Shown piece after piece: positions 58,901-64,000 of a stretch of 64,000 nt of DNA (position 1 is the first letter of the stretch; each line of letters starts with the position of its first letter). The notes under the pieces were generated by a model that made no database searches, was not told the DNA's origin, and saw only the letters and a list, made by a program, of their open reading frames with translations. The position numbers and the translations under genes were made by a program. Origin of the DNA: Candidatus Latescibacterota bacterium (GTDB taxonomy: Bacteria; Latescibacterota; UBA2968; GCA-2709665). Where the stretch lies: NCBI GenBank assembly GCA_965116875.1, contig OZ220733.1:4640001-4704000 (forward strand), in the 5' to 3' direction.

Positions 58901-60010
58901 GTGAACGACGCAACCCTGAAACGCACCCCACTCTACCGGCAGCACCTCCAACTCAATGCCAAAATGGTCGAATTCGGCGGTTGGGAGATGCCGGTCCAGT
59001 ATGCGGGTATCATCGAGGAACATCGGGCGGTGCGAACGTCGGCGGGACTGTTCGACGTCAGCCACATGGGGCAGGTCCATGTCTCGGGGACCGGCGCAAG
59101 GGATTTTCTGGCGTACCTGGCAGCCAACGACGTCCGGAAGTTGGACGTCGGCAGATGCCAGTATTCCTTTCTGCTGAACGAACGCGGCGGTACGATTGAC
59201 GACATGATGGTCTATCGGACGGATACGGACGCGTTTACGCTCGTTGTCAACGCCTCGAACCGGGAGAAAGACTGGGCGCACATTCGTTCCGCCGGGACCG
59301 GCCGGAGCGGCGTCCGTATTGAGAACCGGTTTGACGACGGGGTTCTTCTGGCATTCCAGGGTCCTGCCGCGGCTGAAATCCTGTCGGGGCTGACGCCGGA
59401 CGACGTCGGCGCCCTTCGTTTCCACGATGTACGCCCCTGCACCCTTGCCGGAATGCCTGTTGCAATTGCCGCTTCCGGTTACACGGGTGAAAACGGCTTT
59501 GAAATCTTCGCGGGGTCGAATGAGGCGGAATCGCTGTGGTGCGCACTTCTCGACGGGGGCAGGCGCGCGGGAGCAGTGCCCGCCGGTCTTGGAGCCCGCG
59601 ATACGCTCCGGCTGGAGGCATCGCTGGCCCTTTACGGGCACGAACTTGACGAGGATACGTCCCCGCTGGAGGCCAATCTCGGTTTCGCCGTGGCGAAGAG
59701 CGGTTCTTACATCGGTTCGGAAGCGATCCGGGAACAGCTGACAGGCGGCGTCAGGAAGCGGCTGGTGATGCTGGAAATGATCGACAGGGGCATTCCCCGC
59801 CAGGGGTACGACATCCATCGTCCGGACGGCAGCGCCGCGGGTGTGATCACCAGCGGGTCCGTCTCACCCTGGACCGGCAGGATCATCGCCATGGGCTTTG
59901 TGGACCCGAAGCTTGCCCGGCGGGATCAGGAACTGCACGTGGCCATCCGAGACCGGCGGCTACGTGCGAGGGTGGTTCGCCGGCCGTATTACCGTCGCCC
60001 GGGCGGTTAG
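58901..60010 (+). CDS. gcvT: Glycine cleavage system aminomethyltransferase T
   Basis: RTPLY..FGGWEMPVQY, GLFDVSHMG, VVNASN, GYTGENGFE, GLGARDTLRLEA.L.LYG. Confidence 0.94.
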   Translation: MNDATLKRTPLYRQHLQLNAKMVEFGGWEMPVQYAGIIEEHRAVRTSAGLFDVSHMGQVHVSGTGARDFLAYLAANDVRKLDVGRCQYSFLLNERGGTIDDMMVYRTDTDAFTLVVNASNREKDWAHIRSAGTGRSGVRIENRFDDGVLLAFQGPAAAEILSGLTPDDVGALRFHDVRPCTLAGMPVAIAASGYTGENGFEIFAGSNEAESLWCALLDGGRRAGAVPAGLGARDTLRLEASLALYGHELDEDTSPLEANLGFAVAKSGSYIGSEAIREQLTGGVRKRLVMLEMIDRGIPRQGYDIHRPDGSAAGVITSGSVSPWTGRIIAMGFVDPKLARRDQELHVAIRDRRLRARVVRRPYYRRPGG

Positions 60011-60060
60011 CGCCTCTCCATCGGGAAAAAAGCGTCCTCCCCCCTACCCTGCCCGCTTTG

Positions 60061-60116
60061 TTTTTTCCGCGCGCGCGGAAAAAAGACCCGGAGTCGCCAA
60101 ACGATTCCGGGTCTTT
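60061..60116. terminator. Bidirectional terminator region between convergent gcvT and leuS
   Basis: Perfect palindrome TTTTTTCCGCGCGCGCGGAAAAAA (60061-60084) overlapping hairpin AAAGACCCGGA..TCCGGGTCTTT. Confidence 0.6.
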
Positions 60117-60154
60117 GTGTCCTGTCCGTTCGATGAAAACGCCCATCCGGGCGG

Positions 60155-62608
60155 CTATGCCACGATATTGACGAGGCGATTGGGAACGACGATCACTTTC
60201 CTGGGCGCCTTTCCTGCAAGATGGTTTCTCACATTCGGCTGTTCCAGTGCGAGCCGCCGCACCTCGTCGCCCTCCGCATCCACCTCCACCTGAAACCGGG
60301 CGCGGACCTTGCCGTTGACCTGCACCGGCATCTGAATGGTTGCCGGACGCGCGAGATCCTCGTCCCATTCCGGCCATGCCTGCTCGTGGACGCTGTAGCT
60401 CTCCCCGATGCGTTCCCACAGTTCTTCCGATAAATGCGGCGCAAAGGGCGCCAGCAGCAGGCACAGCGTGCGAATGGCATCCGTCCAGGCATCCGATTCG
60501 AGGGCGGCGTCTGTTTTCGCTTTGCCCAGCCGGTTGACGTAGGTCATCAGCGCGGCGACGGCGGTGTTGAAGTCGAATGATTCCAGATCCTCGGTGACCT
60601 TCTTGATCGCCTGGTGGGTGGTCCTGCGCAATTCCGTCGTCTCCGCCGCCCCCGGAGATTCGCCGGCCGACGCCGGCGGCTCCACGACAAGCGACCAGGC
60701 CCGGTTCAGAAACCGGGGAACGCCTTCCATGCTCGCCGAATTCCACGGACCCCCCTGATCCCACCGGCTGATGAACATCAGATACACGCGGATGCTGTCA
60801 ATGCCGTGCGCATCGATGAGGTCGTCCGGGTTTACCACGTTTCCCCGTGACTTGCTCATCTTCTCTGAATCCTCGCCGAGAATGATCCCCTGGTTGAACA
60901 ACCGGACCATGGGTTCGGCTTCGTCGGTGGCGATCAGCTTCATGTCCCGCATCGCCCTGGTGAAGAAGCGGGTATAGAGCAGGTGCATCGTGGCGTGCTC
61001 TATGCCGCCTGTATACTGATCCACCGGCAGCCAGTACGCCCCCTCTTCCGGATCGAACGGGCCCGCGCCATAATCAGGACTGAGGTACCGGTACTGATAC
61101 CACGAAGAACACATGAACGTGTCCATCGTATCGGTTTCCCGCTGCGCCTCGCCATGGCACGCCGGACAGGTCGTATTCAGAAACCCTTCGTGATGTTTAA
61201 GCGGGGATTCGCCCGTCGGCAGAAACTCCGCATCTTCCGGAAGTCTTACGGGAAGGTCTGACTCCGGGACCGGCACCACGCCGCAGTCGGCGCAATAGAT
61301 GATGGGTATGGGACACCCCCAATACCGCTGCCGGGAAATCAGCCAGTCGTGCAGCCGATAATTGACCTTGCGCTCACCGAGTCCCCGGTCTTCAAGATCC
61401 TCGGCCACCGCGCGCTTCGCATCCTCGGACGGCATGCCGCTGAACCGGCCGGAATTGACCAGCGCGCCTCTGCCCTCGTAGGGCCGCCGCAGAGGTTGGC
61501 CATCCCAGTCCGGAGGCGCGATGACCGTCGGAACGGGTAATCCGTACTGTTTCGCAAAGCCGAAATCCCGTTCGTCGTGTCCGGGCACGGCCATGATCGC
61601 GCCGGTTCCGTACGTCGTAAGCACGTAATCGGCGATATAGATGGGCACCTCGGCGTCGTTCATGGGATTGATCGCATACGCTCCGGTAAAGACACCGTCC
61701 CGTTCCTTGTCCAGCGACAAACGGTCGATTTCGGTCCGCCGGCCCGCTTTTTCCCGGTACGCCGCGACTTCGACCGCCCGGGACCGGGTTGTGATCCTGT
61801 CGACAAGCGGATGTTCCGGCGCCAGGACCGCGAACGTAACCCCGAAAATCGTATCCGCACGCGTGGTGAAAACCCGAAACGACTCCTCCGAACCCTTCAC
61901 GCTCATTTCGAATTCCACCCCGTCGCTGCGGCCGACCCAGTTGGTCTGCATCGTTTCGACCCGGTCAGGCCAGTCCAGGCCCGAAAAATCCAGCAGCGAA
62001 TCCGCGTATTTCGTAATCCGGAACAGCCACTGATCCAGGTCTTTCTTCACAACGGGCGTATCGCATCGTTCGCAGTGGCGGTCGTCACCCCATACCTGCT
62101 CTCTGGCAAGCGTCGTATTGCAGCGCGGGCACCAGTCCACCGGGGCCTTTTGCCGATAGGCCAGTCCATGGCGAAAGAACTGCAGGAAGAGCCACTGCGT
62201 CCACTTGTAGTACTCGGGTTCACACGTGACGATCTCCCTGTCCCAGTCGAACATCGCGCCCATTCTCTTCAGGTGTCGCCGCATTCGATCGACATTGTCC
62301 ATCGTCCATTTGGCAGGGTGAATTCCCCGTTCGATGGCTGCATTCTCCGCCGGCAGTCCGAACGCGTCAAACCCTATTGGAAACAAGACGTTATATCCCT
62401 TCATCCGCATCCATCTCGCGCGTGCGTCCGAAGGCGCCATCGCGTACCAGTGTCCGATGTGCAGATCTCCCGACGTATACGGCAACATCGTCAGCGCATA
62501 ATGCTTGGGCCTGCCTTCCTTCACGCCGCTCCGGTAGATACCGGTCCGCTCCCAGCGTGAGCGCCACTTGGACTCGATCGCTTCAAAATCGTATCCACTT
62601 TCAGCCAT
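60155..62608 (-). CDS. leuS: Leucine--tRNA ligase
   Basis: PYTSGDLHIGH, FDAFGLPAENAA, FTTRADT, GTGAIMAVP.HD, DWLISRQRYWG, KMSKS. Confidence 0.97.
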   Translation of the reverse strand: MAESGYDFEAIESKWRSRWERTGIYRSGVKEGRPKHYALTMLPYTSGDLHIGHWYAMAPSDARARWMRMKGYNVLFPIGFDAFGLPAENAAIERGIHPAKWTMDNVDRMRRHLKRMGAMFDWDREIVTCEPEYYKWTQWLFLQFFRHGLAYRQKAPVDWCPRCNTTLAREQVWGDDRHCERCDTPVVKKDLDQWLFRITKYADSLLDFSGLDWPDRVETMQTNWVGRSDGVEFEMSVKGSEESFRVFTTRADTIFGVTFAVLAPEHPLVDRITTRSRAVEVAAYREKAGRRTEIDRLSLDKERDGVFTGAYAINPMNDAEVPIYIADYVLTTYGTGAIMAVPGHDERDFGFAKQYGLPVPTVIAPPDWDGQPLRRPYEGRGALVNSGRFSGMPSEDAKRAVAEDLEDRGLGERKVNYRLHDWLISRQRYWGCPIPIIYCADCGVVPVPESDLPVRLPEDAEFLPTGESPLKHHEGFLNTTCPACHGEAQRETDTMDTFMCSSWYQYRYLSPDYGAGPFDPEEGAYWLPVDQYTGGIEHATMHLLYTRFFTRAMRDMKLIATDEAEPMVRLFNQGIILGEDSEKMSKSRGNVVNPDDLIDAHGIDSIRVYLMFISRWDQGGPWNSASMEGVPRFLNRAWSLVVEPPASAGESPGAAETTELRRTTHQAIKKVTEDLESFDFNTAVAALMTYVNRLGKAKTDAALESDAWTDAIRTLCLLLAPFAPHLSEELWERIGESYSVHEQAWPEWDEDLARPATIQMPVQVNGKVRARFQVEVDAEGDEVRRLALEQPNVRNHLAGKAPRKVIVVPNRLVNIVA

Positions 62609-62636
62609 CTGACGGCTCCCTGTACTCACAGTTTAT

Positions 62637-62720
62637 CAGTCCGTTTACAGAGTCGCCCTGCAGGCCTGCCGGTGAAGTCCTGGCAGGCAGGCGAGGCGGG
62701 ATGCCTTTTTCAACGGGCTG
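62637..62720. mobile_element. Short 84-bp MITE remnant
   Basis: Imperfect TIRs CAGTCCGTTTA / TCAACGGGCTG; TTAT direct repeat on both sides (62633-62636, 62721-62724, the latter containing the asnS stop); inner CCTGCC..GGCAGG. Confidence 0.55.
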
Positions 62721-64000
62721 TTATGGGTAAAGCCGTTGCAGCATCCGGGGAAACGGAATGGTTTCCCTGACGTGCCGCAACCCGCAGATCCAGGCTACGG
62801 TCCGTTCGATGCCCAGGCCGAAGCCGGCATGGGGCACCGATCCGTAGCGCCTGAGGTCCAAATACCATTGAAAGGGTGTCTCATCGAGTCTGTGTTCGGC
62901 AATCTTCCGCCGCAATTCCTCCAGGTTGTCCTCGCGTTGCCCGCCGCCGATGATCTCTCCGTATCCCTCCGGCGCCAGCATATCCATGCAAAGCGCCAGC
63001 CGGTCGTCTTCCGGGTCTCCCTTCATATAGAAGGCCTTGCAGGAGGCCGGATACCTGTGTACCAGGACAGGGCGGTCGAATTGTTCCGCCAGTACGGTTT
63101 CCTCGTCGCCGCCGAAATCGTCGCCCCACCTGTGTGAAACGCCGCTCCGATTCAGGACGTCCACCGCTTCCGAATAGGAGATCCTCGGAAACGGCTTCTT
63201 CACCCGTTCGAGCGGTTCGAGATCCCGCTGAAGCATTTCCAGTTCCTTCCGCCGGCCCTTCAGGACCTGCTGTACCACGGTACTGACGAAGTCTTCCGCC
63301 AGATCCATGTCTCCATTCAGATCCAGGTACGCCACCTCCGGCTCAACCATCCAGAATTCCGTGAGGTGCCGCCGGGTTTTCGATTTCTCGGCCCTGAACG
63401 TCGGCCCGAAGCAGTAGACCTTTCCAAAGGCCATGGCGCTGGCTTCCAGGTACAGTTGTCCGCTCTGGGTCAGATAGGCCTGGTCGTCGAAGTAATCGGT
63501 CTGGAAAAGCGTAGTCGTCCCCTCGCAGGACGATGGCGTAAAAATCGGAGAATCCGTCAGTACGAACTCTCTTTCGTCGAAGTAATTCCTGCACGCGCGA
63601 ATGACTTCACTGCGCACACGCAAAATGGCGTGCTGGCGGGAAGAACGCAGCCAGAGATGGCGATGATCCATCAGGAAGGCGGTTCCGTGCGCTTTTGGCG
63701 TTATGGGATACGGTTCCGATTCCTGGACCACCTCGATATCGGTAACGCCGATCTCAAAGCCAAGCGGCGAGCGCCTGTCCTCGCGCACAACCCCCCGCAC
63801 GCGCAGCGATGACTCCTGCGTCAGGCCGGCGGAGCGTTCGAAGAGGTCGGTCGACACGTCCCCCTTGAACAGTACACATTGCACCACGCCCGTGCCGTCT
63901 CTCAGTTGCAGAAAGCGCAGCTTGCCGCTGGAACGCTTGTTATGCAGCCAGCCCTGGAGAAGGACGGTATGACCGTCGTACTCTGCAATCCTTGAAATCG
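62721..64000 (-). CDS. asnS: Asparagine--tRNA ligase (start lies beyond the window)
   Basis: [71 protein letters not shown]. Confidence 0.96.
   Translation of the reverse strand, partial: ISRIAEYDGHTVLLQGWLHNKRSSGKLRFLQLRDGTGVVQCVLFKGDVSTDLFERSAGLTQESSLRVRGVVREDRRSPLGFEIGVTDIEVVQESEPYPITPKAHGTAFLMDHRHLWLRSSRQHAILRVRSEVIRACRNYFDEREFVLTDSPIFTPSSCEGTTTLFQTDYFDDQAYLTQSGQLYLEASAMAFGKVYCFGPTFRAEKSKTRRHLTEFWMVEPEVAYLDLNGDMDLAEDFVSTVVQQVLKGRRKELEMLQRDLEPLERVKKPFPRISYSEAVDVLNRSGVSHRWGDDFGGDEETVLAEQFDRPVLVHRYPASCKAFYMKGDPEDDRLALCMDMLAPEGYGEIIGGGQREDNLEELRRKIAEHRLDETPFQWYLDLRRYGSVPHAGFGLGIERTVAWICGLRHVRETIPFPRMLQRLYP

Overview
High-GC bacterial chromosomal window with no rRNA, tRNA, CRISPR array or intact transposase. 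The lptC-lptA-lptB-rpoN order and a FlgD/T9SS-like C-terminal tail suggest a diderm of the FCB radiation, perhaps Latescibacterota/Gemmatimonadota-like (inference). Housekeeping blocks: pcrA, gatC, pyrG, lptCAB, rpoN, ihf/hup, gcvT, leuS, asnS. Accessory content: (i) a probable sigma54/IHF-driven surface protein with five lamin-tail domains; (ii) an NAD-linked selenocysteine formate dehydrogenase operon (UGA + SECIS); (iii) a methyl-amine/methyl-sulfur catabolic cluster (HMT-methyltransferase fusion, two SDRs, DMFase-family amidase, BHMT, ThDP enzyme, orphan MgdA-like oxidase, triple-RidA protein); (iv) the most striking element, a six-gene hybrid RND-ABC export locus. In it an AcrB-type RND subunit is fused to an intact ABC ATPase that has a membrane segment inserted inside its first beta-hairpin, alongside a second RND, an MFP, a free ATPase, two ABC permeases and a degenerate M1-peptidase/golvesin periplasmic domain; (v) a diadenylate cyclase, a heparinase-like/propeller protein, and two MITEs inserted at stop codons. 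All family calls come from motif recognition, not database searches.
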